Below, one piece after another: positions 26,760 to 38,111 of a stretch of 64,000 nt of DNA. Source of the DNA: Chlorokybus atmophyticus. Its lineage: Eukaryota > Plantae > Mesostigma and Chlorokybus algae. The position numbers and the translations under genes were made by a program. The notes under the pieces are model-generated. The model worked only from the letters and a program-made list of their open reading frames with translations. It was not told where the DNA came from and did not search any database. Each line of letters begins with the position of its first letter. Within the stretch, counting starts at the first letter, position 1. The stretch covers positions 783,822-847,821 of the forward strand of contig RHPI01003369.1 of the NCBI GenBank assembly GCA_009103225.1. The letters are read 5' to 3'.

Positions 26760-27016
26760 CTGCCGCCTCCGCCTCCGGCTTCGCCGCCGCCAGCGCCAGC
26801 GCCTCAATCTCACACCTCTCTAACCCACTAGCCCCACCACCCATGCAGAGCTCCAAGCCACACCCTTCGCCTCCCGCCTCACTACTAACCACACCACACC
26901 AACCCCATCAACCATAAGGCTGATGACAAGGACAAAGACAGGGACAAGGACAAGGATATGTCCGACTGTGTGGACGCAACGACCGGCACCGGTCGGCGAG
27001 GTTGTTAGGGAAGAAC

Positions 27017-27048
27017 ATGAAGAAATTGCCGCTGCTTTGGCTTCCACT

Positions 27049-27079
<31 letters not shown>

Positions 27080-29324
27080 GGTGGTGGCGGCGAGGTGGTC
27101 GAGGGTGTGGGGATGGCTGGGGCTGGGAAAGCTTGTCATGGGTGCGGGGAGGTGGGCCACCTCCGTAGGGCTTGTCCTTACGACGGCGCCCCTGGGCTGA
27201 CGGGCGTTGACGGCCTGGTCGGCACGTTCGTCGGCGGAGGCGGGGCTGGAGCTGGAGGCGGCAGGAGCTACTACGACAACTCACTCAAGCAATGCCGTAA
27301 TTGCAACACCATGGGTAGGCTTGGCCAGGTCGAATGTGGGTGATGGAGCAGTCAGTTACAGCTGCAAGGTTGGCGCAGCAGAAGCAGTGCTGTCGCTGGC
27401 AGTTTGTTCTTCCGCATTATCCCTGCTGTTGCCCAAGACTTGGCATTTGCTTCATCCTTTCTTGCATTAGCTAGTGGCTGCTCATTTTTGCACGCTGTCA
27501 GCCTGGCCCTCATGAATGCTATTGTTATGGTTGGAACGCTTGTGCAACCCAACCAGCAGCTGCGGGTAGCTGTCTTTGTTGTTGCTTAGGCTCTTGGTGC
27601 TGCTTCTGGTGACAATGCCAGCTAGCAACGACGCTCAAAAGCATAGTGAAGCTCGCACCAAGCTTGGCTGCAACTGCGAGTATGCTTTATGAGGCAATCT
27701 GCACATGGATAACCGTTTCTGCATGCAAACTGGACACGCCAGACTTGTGACGTGCGACACGTGTGTGTTCAGTCTGCTGTGCAGCTTGTGACGAGTGCAG
27801 ATTAAAGCAAAGCCAGAGGTAGTTTATTGTTGACTGAGTTCTGCTTGCCTGTTGTGCAGCATTACGTGAGTAGCGCAGTCATCGCTACTTCTAGCCAACC
27901 CGTCGCTTTTTATTGCTGTTTTCTACTCAGTTCAGAACATCTATGTCCCAGTTGCCAGTGGCGCACGTCGATGTTTGGGATGTTACTACGGACGTAGTGT
28001 TGCGGCTGTTTATGTTGTTTGCTGCTGTTCTTGGCCTCAACGCACCAACGCGGCTTGAAGTGGTCAATGCTGAGATACAAAATTGTTGTCACGGTGACAA
28101 GACTATTATATTGTGTTCAGCTTTTCAACCTGTTGGCAGGCCATATTGCCAAGGACTGTCCATATGAGCAGACGTGCCACAACTGCCGCAAGCCGGGTCA
28201 CATTCGCACCGAGTGCACCGAGCCGGTATGATTTCACAAAGAGGCTTCCATCCGCAAGCAGAAGAGCAGTACTCACATCTTGAAACAATGACTAGCAGGC
28301 TTCCTGCCGTAACTGCGGTACATCTGGTCACATTGCTGCGCACTGTCCGTATGACCCGGCATGCCAAAACTGCCATGGCACTGACCATCTGCGCGCTGAG
28401 GTGCGCAGCTTTTACACATGCAATCACACCTGGTCTTCAGCGTTAGCAGTCTGTTGCAAGTGGTGTTGAGTGTGGTGGTCGCTTGTGCAGTGCCCGCAAA
28501 CGCAAGCGATCCGGAGGTTGCGGGCGTCAGATGCAACATGCCATCATTGCGGTCAGGTGCGTTATGCCACTGCATCTTGCTGTCGTTGATTGTATCTGTC
28601 AGTGCTGCATGTGCGCAGTTGAGCTGTTTGCCACGCTGAGTTTGAGATTCTGCTTGACAGGAAGGGCACTTCAGACGAGAGTGTCCTGAAGCCCCACTGC
28701 CAGATGGCGACCTGCATGCCCAAGCGTGCCATGCCTGCGGTAAGCATTATCACTGTGTGTCAGTGCACAATGTCTATAGCACTATCACAAGCTAAGCAGT
28801 GCTCTTCGGTCTTCAATCTGGCCAACGGACTGTCCTGTTGTTCAGGCCAACCTGGTCACTTCAGGCGCGATTGCCCCATGAACAGTCAAGGCCTGCATGA
28901 AAGTCGCTCTTGCCATCTATGCGGCCTTGTCGGCCACCTCCAGAGGGACTGCCCTACTGGTCAGAGCATATACGGTAAAGTGGACGACCGCACCTGCCAT
29001 GCCTGTGGGCAGGTTGGGCACTTGAAGCGCGACTGCGCGCTTGCCGACCGCTCCAAGGTATTATCGTTGCTGTTGCTTGTGTCTTGCCACCATGCTCCAC
29101 TACCATTGTCTGCTTTTTTTGTGTACTGTTGGTGCAGTGATGGCGATTAGCTCTGCAATGCCAATGCGTAGTGTATTGATGTGTGTACGCAAGTTGCAAG
29201 ATATCCAGCAGCCGTCAAAGTTGGCTTCAACGCCAGGCTGAAGGGTGCTTGTTTGCAGACTTGCCATGCTTGCGGGGAGATGGGACATCTCAAGCGCGAG
29301 TGTCCACAGATAGTGGCCATGTAG
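27017..29324 (+). CDS. CNBP/GIS2-like protein with 10 CCHC zinc knuckles and Gly-rich N-terminus (start 27017 or 27113)
   Basis: Ten CX2CX4HX4C motifs across spliced exons (CHGCGEVGHLRRAC, CRNCNTMGHIAKDC, CHNCRKPGHIRTEC ... CHACGEMGHLKREC), ending PQIVAM*. Confidence 0.88.
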
Positions 29325-29725
29325 AGTGAGCTCACAATACTACTGGCAGATCTGAGTGATAGCGTGCTTTAAGACTGGATGATGGTGCCTCGGGAGCTTC
29401 CATACACATAATGAGTTAGTGTAGCTAATGATTTCTACAGCTGCGGAGCCTGCTTTGGGCTCTGTGTATCATAAGATCTTCACCAGGACATGTGTGATGT
29501 GCAGTTCAACTTTCCAGCTACGCTGCAGTATAGCTGTTCTGCGAGTGCTGCCATAGTGGTGCAGAGGGGTGTGTCAACTGCAGCAAAGGTTGTGACCAGT
29601 ATGGAGTGCATGGTTGTTGGTGTTTGTGCCTCTGTGCTGTGCAAGAGGACAGACCCGGCAGGTCTGTCTTCTTGTGTGATGTCAGGGGCAAAAGGGCCAC
29701 CAGATGATACGACTGCGTCTCCATA

Positions 29726-30460
29726 CTAGCGATGATTCACATCATCAGTACTGTAGAGTGCAGGCATAGTTTCATCACTCTCTATGCTCCAAGCAGGCAT
29801 GCAACACACTATCATAACAGATGTGGGCGGCATACAGCTGTTGTCATGCGGTGCGAGGCGTGAGATGCACGTCACCTGGTGGTACTTACTACTTGCTGGC
29901 AGAAACATGCGGCACGCTGCGTGCGCAGGTCCGCCAGCCACGGAGGCGGACGCGGCGCTGGCAACAGCCATGGAGTCGGCGGTGGACAGGGGCGTCTGGG
30001 ATGGCAGGGCGTGAGCGAGGGTTGGCATTGTGGTGTGCGCCCGTATGCGATCTGTGACATGTGTGAGAGCAGGACGCGTTGAGTTCGCACCCATGCATAT
30101 GTCCAGTATCCTTGGTGGAAGCGCTTTCAACAAATCCTGTACCTGTGCGCATGGTGCATGGTGGCGGCTGGAGACAAACGCTGCGGCAGCCGGAGGGCTT
30201 TGTGCAACTGTGACAGCAGCGTGTTGCCTGCAACAGGTGCAAGCGCTGGCTGTCAGGGAGTGATGAGCGGTGACGGTGCCAGGCTGGGTGTCCATCGCGC
30301 CGGGCCCCCCAAGCGCTGAGCCCAGCGCCGGGCGCTGCGCTAGCAGCGACGTGAGTGCCAGGAGCAATGCCATGCACACGCAGAGGAGCTGGTGGAGTCA
30401 GGGCAAGCGATGGCGAGGATGAGGACAGCGGCGACGGCACTGGCTGTGAGGTGTGCATGT
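29726..30460 (-). other. Conserved block C, copy 1 (possible degenerate gene or non-coding part of the repeated unit)
   Basis: Shares AAGCGCTGAGCC...GC(G/A)CTAGCAGCG..GTGAGTGCC.GGAGCA with 36660-36720 and 48598-48650, and GGCGGCATACAGCTGTTGTCATGCGG with ~47950. Copy 1 has a 217-codon minus-strand ORF, but frames are not conserved across copies. Confidence 0.5.
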
Positions 30461-31070
30461 GTGTGTTGTGCTATCAACAATCTGTGCGTGGTTAGTGGGG
30501 TAAGAGCGTGATGAGCGTGATAAGTGGTGTACTGGCCTGTTACAAGCAACGGGTGCTGTGCGGGAACGGGTCCTGGTCTGTGTGCAGATGTATGCATCAC
30601 TGTGAGCAACCTAGCACAAGAAATGGGCGTACACATCAGCCCCATTTGTATAACAGGTAACAACACGCTAGCTGAAGAACCTATTCAGAATAGTACGGTG
30701 TTGGGTTCACTGTTCACCACGGGATGCAACCTGGTTTATGACATTATACTCCTCTGTAAAGTGTGCTTTGCGCAAAGGCCAGCACTGCTTGCCGGCAGCT
30801 TCACCGAGGCAGGATTTATGGGGACCCAGGTAGTCGCCTGAATTGTGATGTCTGTAAGCAGGATGGCTTGCAAGGGATGGTTTAAATGAAAGCAAGTGGA
30901 GTAACGCGGAGAAGCTGATGCAAATATGTACACAAGCCAGATCGAGCACTTTATCTGCAACCAGAGCCACGTGGCAAAAGTGAGTTGCGTTGGCAGTAAG
31001 TAAGTAACAGCACCGACATGACGCTCAGCTAGCATGACCTGCATACCTGGCGCAGTCAAGTCGGGGGCAG

Positions 31071-31798
31071 TCACATTATGCCGTTTCGCAACACCTCGTT
31101 CATTACCGCGTACAACTTCACTTGATCCTTCCCAAGCCTGGAGCATTTAGCCTGGAGGGCGCTGATGGTTTCCGCCTGGGTGCTGATTGTTCCCTCCATG
31201 TTGTCCATGCGGGTTCGCAGTGCAGGTACGCCTGCTGTACTGATGGCAACCTGCTGCAGCATGTCGGCTAAGTGCTGCAGCTGCGGCTGCGGCTCGGGCT
31301 GGGGCTGGGGCTGGGGCGGTGTCTGCTCGGGCGCGGGCGCGGGCTCAGGTGCGGGATGCCCTGGCTCGGCCAGCACATCGTGTATGTCACGGCCATTGAT
31401 ACGCCAGCAGCTGCTGCCATGGCGCTGCTTGTAGTTGCCGTGGCGTCCAGGAGTCGCCACGCAGGTGTTCTGTATGAGGTTGGTAAAAGACTGATACAGA
31501 GGGGGGCGCTGGCAGTGACGGCAGCGTACGCCAACCAGCAGGCGCCTGCCGACCACTTCACGAACGATGACGTACTCGCCACGGCAGGCTCTTACTGGAC
31601 GGCCATTAACCACGCAGCGCCTGGGCTTGCGGTTGCTGAGGACGGCGCCTTCAAACTTCAGGAGGACCTTGCTGCGCAACTGCCACAAGTGTACCAAGAC
31701 GCTGCATTGGAATGGGAAGGGTAGCCCTTTGACAGCACTTGCAAACAGCACAATGCAGGAGAGAACCAGTCAAGGAGTCCTACCTGAACGCGAGGCAT
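31071..31798 (-). CDS. Family A gene copy A1 (exons 31784-31798, 31071-31679; 207 aa): Cys-rich globular domain, PQ linker, coiled coil
   Basis: MPRVQ|LRSK...RRC...ACRGEY...VRCRHC...YQSF...TCV...WRINGRDIHDVLA; GT-AG intron in phase; paralogous to 37379, 41725 and 49491. Confidence 0.75.
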
Positions 31799-33022
31799 AT
31801 TTGGAGACACGAGGAGTAGCCAGGCACTGCGCAGCCAAGCCATCAAAATCAGCACACAACCTCTGCTCCTGTACTTGCCGCATGCACACCCACCAGTGAC
31901 CTTGGCATGCGATCTGGCGTGCCCATACTCACCAAGCGCTGGCGTTACTCCACCTCCACCTCCGCCTCCGAGACTACACTGCCGTGCGTGCAGCGCCGCC
32001 GTCGCCGCCGCCGCCCACAAGTACGCTGAAGGCACCCCTACAAGACGCGTGTGAGTGCCAGGGCTGGAGCTCAAACTCCATCAGACCTTTCCTGGCTTCC
32101 TGGTTTATGTCGGCGTGCGTACAACTGCGCAGGCCGTCCTTTGTGTAGCCGGCATCGTTGTTTTTCACTGCCTGTCGCGTCAATGCACACGGGAATTTTC
32201 GGCGCTGAATTGACGGGATTAAAGTACGCCCACGCGTGCCCTGCGTGGGCGTACTTTCTTGGGCTGGGCAACCGCAACCACACTCAGGGAGCCGTATACG
32301 GTGGAACATCGTGCGGGCAGGCAGGGCAGTTTGCGGGCTAATAGCGACCTCGAGAAGCGATATGCATCGCGCCGAGTGCTGTTTACAGCATCGCTGGCGG
32401 CGTGATCGTCCTCCCTAATATATTGTACGACACGATCTCACACGCGTGTGGGTTTTTGGTGCCTACCGCAGCGGTACCCGGCTAGAACTGACAAGTTGCC
32501 TGCCGCCAGCACGACGGTGTCGACATCAGTTCTTCGCTTTGCACAACACCGCGCCTGCACTTAGCTTTACGTCGGTTTATATAATGTTATATATATAAGC
32601 CTGCATCGTGAAGCACAGCGAGGCGACGGCAAGCTGACGCGCAGAATCAGCGAGCGCGACGCGGGCGCAGGCGGAGGCGGAAGCGGTGGCGGTCGCGGTG
32701 GCGGTGGCCAGCTGCTGGGAGGGGTTTGCACCTGCTTCGGTGTTACCGCCAACAAGGTTGCCACAGCTTCATACAACTCCACCACCACCGGTGCTGCTAC
32801 GGTGAGAGGTCACCTGTGCCGTCAAGCAAGGTTGCTAGTGCCTTGTTGTAACACTCTGCCCTTTGGTTGACACAGTCACGTCCTTCGTTATGTGAGCGCA
32901 ATCATTCACAGCGTCTTACTGTGTCGAATTGTCTGATCAACATGCACAACACTAAGTGTGACAGCGACAATGTGTTCCACCTGTACTCAACTTGTGATTC
33001 AGCAGGTTCAGCGTGTGGGGAA

Positions 33023-35288
33023 ATGGCAGGGGTGGGAGGAGAAAGGAGAGTGTTGCACCTGACTGACGACGACATACTTCGCGATCGTTACAAGTACTAT
33101 GCTGTGACATACGTTCTCTCGTGCGCTGGGTCGCCAAAGGAGCCGAAGTACCAGCTGCGCCCAGAGTTCAAGGCTGCGCGTGCTTGGCTACAAGCTGACA
33201 TGTGCCACTACCTCACGCCACAAGCTGCCGATCAGTTTCTCCATCTGCTGGAGTACTTTGGCAAGGTGAGAACTCATCTGATTTTCTGGAAACACCTCCC
33301 CCTGGAAACTGAAGTTGATGTTGTTGGTGATGATGGTGCTGCAGCAGCAGCAACGTCGCTGTTGTCATTGGTATTGCATGCTATCAGCTGATCGTCATTT
33401 GGCACACTACGGTGCAGCCTCCACCTGATCTCAGCCGCACGCGAGACAAGTACCTTGCAGACTTCTGCTCCTGGAATGAGCAGCACGCGGTTTACAAAAA
33501 AGACTTGGCACGCTCAGTAAACCCGCCTGTTCAGGTACCTTTGCATACATTTCCTGTGCCGGTAGCGCAAGAGTGTGAGGCACGCTCATCCAGTGTTAGC
33601 TCAGGCAACTAACAGTGGCTGCCCGCAGGAGAGTCATTTTGCTGACGGGCCATCAGCCGCAGGCAACGAAGCGCAGGTACGCTAGCAGGCACACTTGTGT
33701 GTGCAATTGCTTCCATCATGCATGGCGTGTATGACTCGTTTATGTCAGTCGCAGCCAAGTACAAGAAATGGCGTTGATGTTGAGCGAAGTTCAGGAACAG
33801 CGGCAACAGTCCTACCTGGCACAGAGGCTGCACCAACACCGCAGGTAAGCAAACAGATGTGTGTTCATTATGTTCGTTGCAAGCTCTCTTGCTTATGCTT
33901 TGCTGTTGCAGGAACAAGAAGCTGAGATGTTGACGGACCAACTGATGCAGCTGGTGGCTTCTGAAGCTGTATTGAAGAAACAGCTAGAGGAGCTTGCTGC
34001 TTCTACTCAAGCAAAGCAGCAAGCACTTGAGGAGGGGAAGCGCCAGTTGCTTGAAGAGCAGGAGAAGTTGGAAAAGGACTACGCGGAGAGAGAGGCGGTC
34101 TTGCAGCGACGCAAACACCAGATTGCTCTTGAGCTAAGTGAGTTGGCGGCAGCACAAACGCAAGCGCCGCAGGTACCACAGTATTCACTTGCCATTCACC
34201 CTGTGGTTTGCTGCATTATAGCAAAAATCGCTGTCAAGTTCAGTCCTGCCCCGGTGCTAACTATTATTATGTTGTCGTGGTCAGGTCCATGTTGACGACC
34301 ACATCTCTCAGCAGGTAAGTGCTGTTTTACGAGCAGCGGAATGCAATTCTTCTCTGCTCTTTGCACAGCGCTGAGCGTGACACCCTTCGACAGGTAAACA
34401 GCAGCATCGGCGCTGGCGGTGTTGAAGCGCACAAAGCCGATGCCGCTGACTGGGAGGGTGCAGTGAGTATAGCTTCTGACTCAGAAGAGGACGTGCCGCT
34501 CATTCAACGCAGATGTGTGCGAGCAGACACCATCAACTTGGACAAGGACGCTCCGCCAGATCCTGCGGACCGTCATTCTCCGGAGAGCCACAAAAGAAGA
34601 TCACCGGCTTCAAGCAACTCGCATATTGACAATACCCCGAGCGCACCTTTGCCGAAGAAGCGCCGCGTCAACCGCAAGAAAGCCCAGTGTTACATGGCAA
34701 AGCGTTATGCTGAGCGCGTACCAGACAAGCGCGCCAGCAGCGAGTTCTTCCGCAAGCTCCAACTCGACAAGTGCACGGTCCTGTCGAGGGCGAGAGACAA
34801 GCGCGTAGACCTACGCTCGACAGGTGGCAGGACGTGGCGGATGGACCTGTACTGGAGTTACAATCCCTCGGCTCGAGCAGCAGAACTGTTTGATGAGAGT
34901 GAGCATGCAGAGGCCGAGGCAAGATGGGAGGTCATGCTCATAAGGAAGGGCATCCTGCAGCTTGAAGACCTCCCTGAGGCAAGGCTTTTTGCCTCGCAGC
35001 TGTGCAGTATTTGTTGGTGTTGTTAGCGTTGTTGCCTGGCGATGCACATTGTGGAGAAGCTTGGTCTACCACTGACCGTCAGTGACAAAATGCTGTTGCG
35101 CTTGCCATTAACAGGCTAAGCACAAGAAGGAGTACTACTCGATAGGCAAGACAGCGATGCTGAACAACATTGCTGAGTTTCAGAAAGTCCGGGGCAAGTA
35201 CGCCAAGGCGCTCGGGGTCTCCGCATCCAGGCCCAAGGCCCAACAGAACACGTACAAAGACGTTCCTCGTGCTGAGGTGCCAACTTGA
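33023..35288 (+). CDS. Family B gene copy B1 (7 coding exons, apparently intact)
   Basis: Exons MAGVGGERRVLHLTDDDILRDRYKYY...FLHLLEYFGK | PPPDLSRTRDKYLADFCSWNEQHAVY | linker | coiled coil | VHVDDHISQQ | SDSEEDVPL..KKRR..WRMDLYWSYNP..KGILQLEDLPE | (GC-AG intron) AKHKKEYYSIGK...PT*. Same exon structure in the copies at 43701 and 57340. Confidence 0.78.
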
Positions 35289-35936
35289 AGACACCGCTTG
35301 CATTTGCGGACCGGCAGCTGACAAGCATGCATCCCCTGGCAGCTCCGGTGTAAGTAGGGTGGGTATGAGCTTAGTGAGTCGTTTCGGAAAATGACCACAT
35401 GCTGGAAACATTGAGGCATAGGCTCAATTTTGCTCCTGTTTAAACAGTTGATAGATAAGATGTTGTACACCTCCATGGTGTGTTGCATATGATTAGAACA
35501 ACTTACTGCTCTGGTTGTGTACAGTACCGTAGTATAGTATACGACTGACTGCAACACGCATTCTCACATTACTGATGTTTTCAGGCTGTTTCATGTCACA
35601 TTAATGTGGGTAGCGTTGTGATGAGTATGCAATGGAGATGCGTATCTGTCAACATGTTGGTCTCACTCGCACAAGGGGTTGATGGGCTAAAGGTCTGTCA
35701 CCAACATAAACAGCTCAGCAGGTTCTTAGAGAGAACAGACGACCAGGGGATGCACAGACGCAGAGAGGACCTCACCCACACCACGCTCCACTTACACCCA
35801 CACCCACACCGCGCACGCATCGAGCGAGGGCGAGAGTGAGCGTGAGCTGGTGAGAGCGGATGTAAGAAAGACAGCGAGAGCCAGAGCGCAAGCGCTGAGC
35901 GCCAGCGCGGAGTGCGGAGTGCGGAGCGGCAGGCGC

Positions 35937-36300
<364 letters not shown>

Positions 36301-36495
36301 TATTGACTGGCTCGCTTTGATGTTACGGCAAGGCTTCGAACCGGAATCAAGACAGCCGCTTGCGAGTGTTGCCCTAAAGTGAGGGTCAATGACAAGATTT
36401 CAACGGGCAGGTTTCCAGTGACAGCCTCACCACGACAATATAGAGCAACAGCCTCTAGATGGATCCACTAGATGCTAGTAGTTTTGGCGCACATA

Positions 36496-36830
36496 TTAGA
36501 CATGTAGCGCACGCTGATGCCCTACCAGGGCATCAGCGTGCGCTAAATGTCTGTTATGAGCTCTAGTTCTCCTGTCTGGAAAGCTGAAGCTATCTGAGCC
36601 AGGCGCGTTCTGACCTCGCTCGCTCTGCAATGGGCGCCCGCGAGTTGCATCGGACCCATCAAGCGCTGAGCCGGACACTGCGCTAGCAGCGGCGTGAGTG
36701 CCTGGAGCAGTGCCACGAGCACGTGAAGGCACCCGTGGTGTTAGGCTGAGCTGTACATGTGGGGAAAAGCGTGGAGGAGGATGGCGGGAGCGGCGACGAC
36801 GGCGGTGGCTGTGGCGTGTGCGCTGTGTGG
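36496..36830 (-). pseudogene. Block C copy 2 fused to a remnant of the 3' end of a family D gene
   Basis: 36535-36635 is homologous to 60880-60975. Its translation ASEVRTRLAQIASAFQTGE matches the D C-terminus ASEFRKRLAQMASILQTGS*, and the ATGTCTGTTATG.GCTCT 3' flank is shared. Confidence 0.65.
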
Positions 36831-37378
36831 ATCGTTATATGTACGTGGGGTGAGCGTGACGAGTGTGAGAAGCGTGATGTGACTGCCAGTCGTGAGCAAC
36901 TGGTGCTGTGCTGGAACTCATGTACACTTGTCTACATCAGTATGAGCCACTGGCACAGTTGCAAGAAGCGGGTGCGTACAACAAGCTGGGTCATAAGTAT
37001 GACCAAGCGGCTGAAGCTACATAAGATGCAGTGTCGGGTCAATTGTCGCATCAGGGATTGCAAGCTAATGACTTTGTATTCTGTACAGAGGTCCGCGCAG
37101 TGCGCAAAGGCCGCAACTGCACTGCTCGGGGTTGGGCAGTCGTCTGATCTGAAGCCCTGTCAGGTTGCATACTTGGCTTGCAGGAAATGGCGTCGATGAA
37201 AGCAGGTGGCGATGCCGATGCGGAAGGACTCAAGTACGTCTCATTCAGGCTGACTGACCTGGTTATCTGCAACCAGAGCACAGCGGCATAAGTGAGTGGC
37301 GTTGGCAGTAAGTAGCAGCACCGACATGTTGTTCAGCAAGAGCAACCTCCGTACCTGGCGCAGTCAAGTCGAGGGCAG

Positions 37379-38111
37379 TCATATCAGGCCGCTATGCAGG
37401 AACAGCTGGCGCACAACCTCGGTCAACCTCTGCTGATCAGATTTGAGGTCACTGGTTGTTTCCTCCACTTCGCCTAGGCGCATCTGCAACGTGTCCTGGT
37501 TCTCCTGCAGCGTGTCCTGGTTCGCCTGCAACCCAACGATATGCATGCGCATGTCTGCCGTATGCGTGGCAACCATCTGCTGCAGCAGGTCGACGCGTAC
37601 GTAGCGAGCGTCCAGCTCCGGCTGCGGCGGTACCGGTGCCTGCTCAGGCTCTGGCTGTGGTGCGGGATGTCCTGTCGCGGGGGGGGCCCTTTGTGCCTGC
37701 ACATCGTGCAGGTCGAGGCCATTGACAAGCCAGCGGCCGCGGCCCCCAAGACCCACCACGCAGGTGGCCTCTAAGATCTGGGTGTAAGACTGATACAGAA
37801 GGGAGTCCGGACACTGACGGCAGCGCACTCCAAACTGTGAGCGCCCGTTGACCACTTGCATCCCGTAGACGTACTCGCCATGGCAGTCTGCCGCTGGCTG
37901 GCCATTCACCTTGCAGCGCCGGGGCACGCTGTTGGTGAGCACGTCGCCTTCACGCAGGAATGGTTTGATGTAACGCATCTGCCACAGATGTACAGAGACG
38001 ATGCGTTGGGATGCAACAAGTAGCTCACTACATGTGACAGCACTTGCACACAGCATGATGCACCAGAACCAGCTAGTTGAGACCGCCTACCTGGCTCACG
38101 TTGCGGGCCAT
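37379..38111 (-). CDS. Family A gene copy A1b (exons 38091-38111, 37379-37978); no adjacent B partner
   Basis: MARNVSQ|MRYIKPFLREGDVLTNSVPRRC...CHGEY...VRCRQC...YQSY...TCV...WLVNGLDLHDVQA + PQ linker + coiled coil ending HSGLI*. Confidence 0.75.

Noticed and set aside
2098-27113. Head-to-head gene pairs as a special functional clustering
   Set aside because: Four unrelated housekeeping pairs show it, so it appears to be a general feature of this compact genome.
32040-32310. Short ORFs upstream of the A genes (also 50692-50952) as an extra gene or AP2-like domain
   Set aside because: Frames are not conserved between copies and there is no YRGVR/WLG motif; more likely promoter/5' UTR sequence.
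33023-35288. Family B as an active tyrosine recombinase or transposase
   Set aside because: No R...HxxR...Y catalytic set and no DDE motif is visible in the C-terminal domain.
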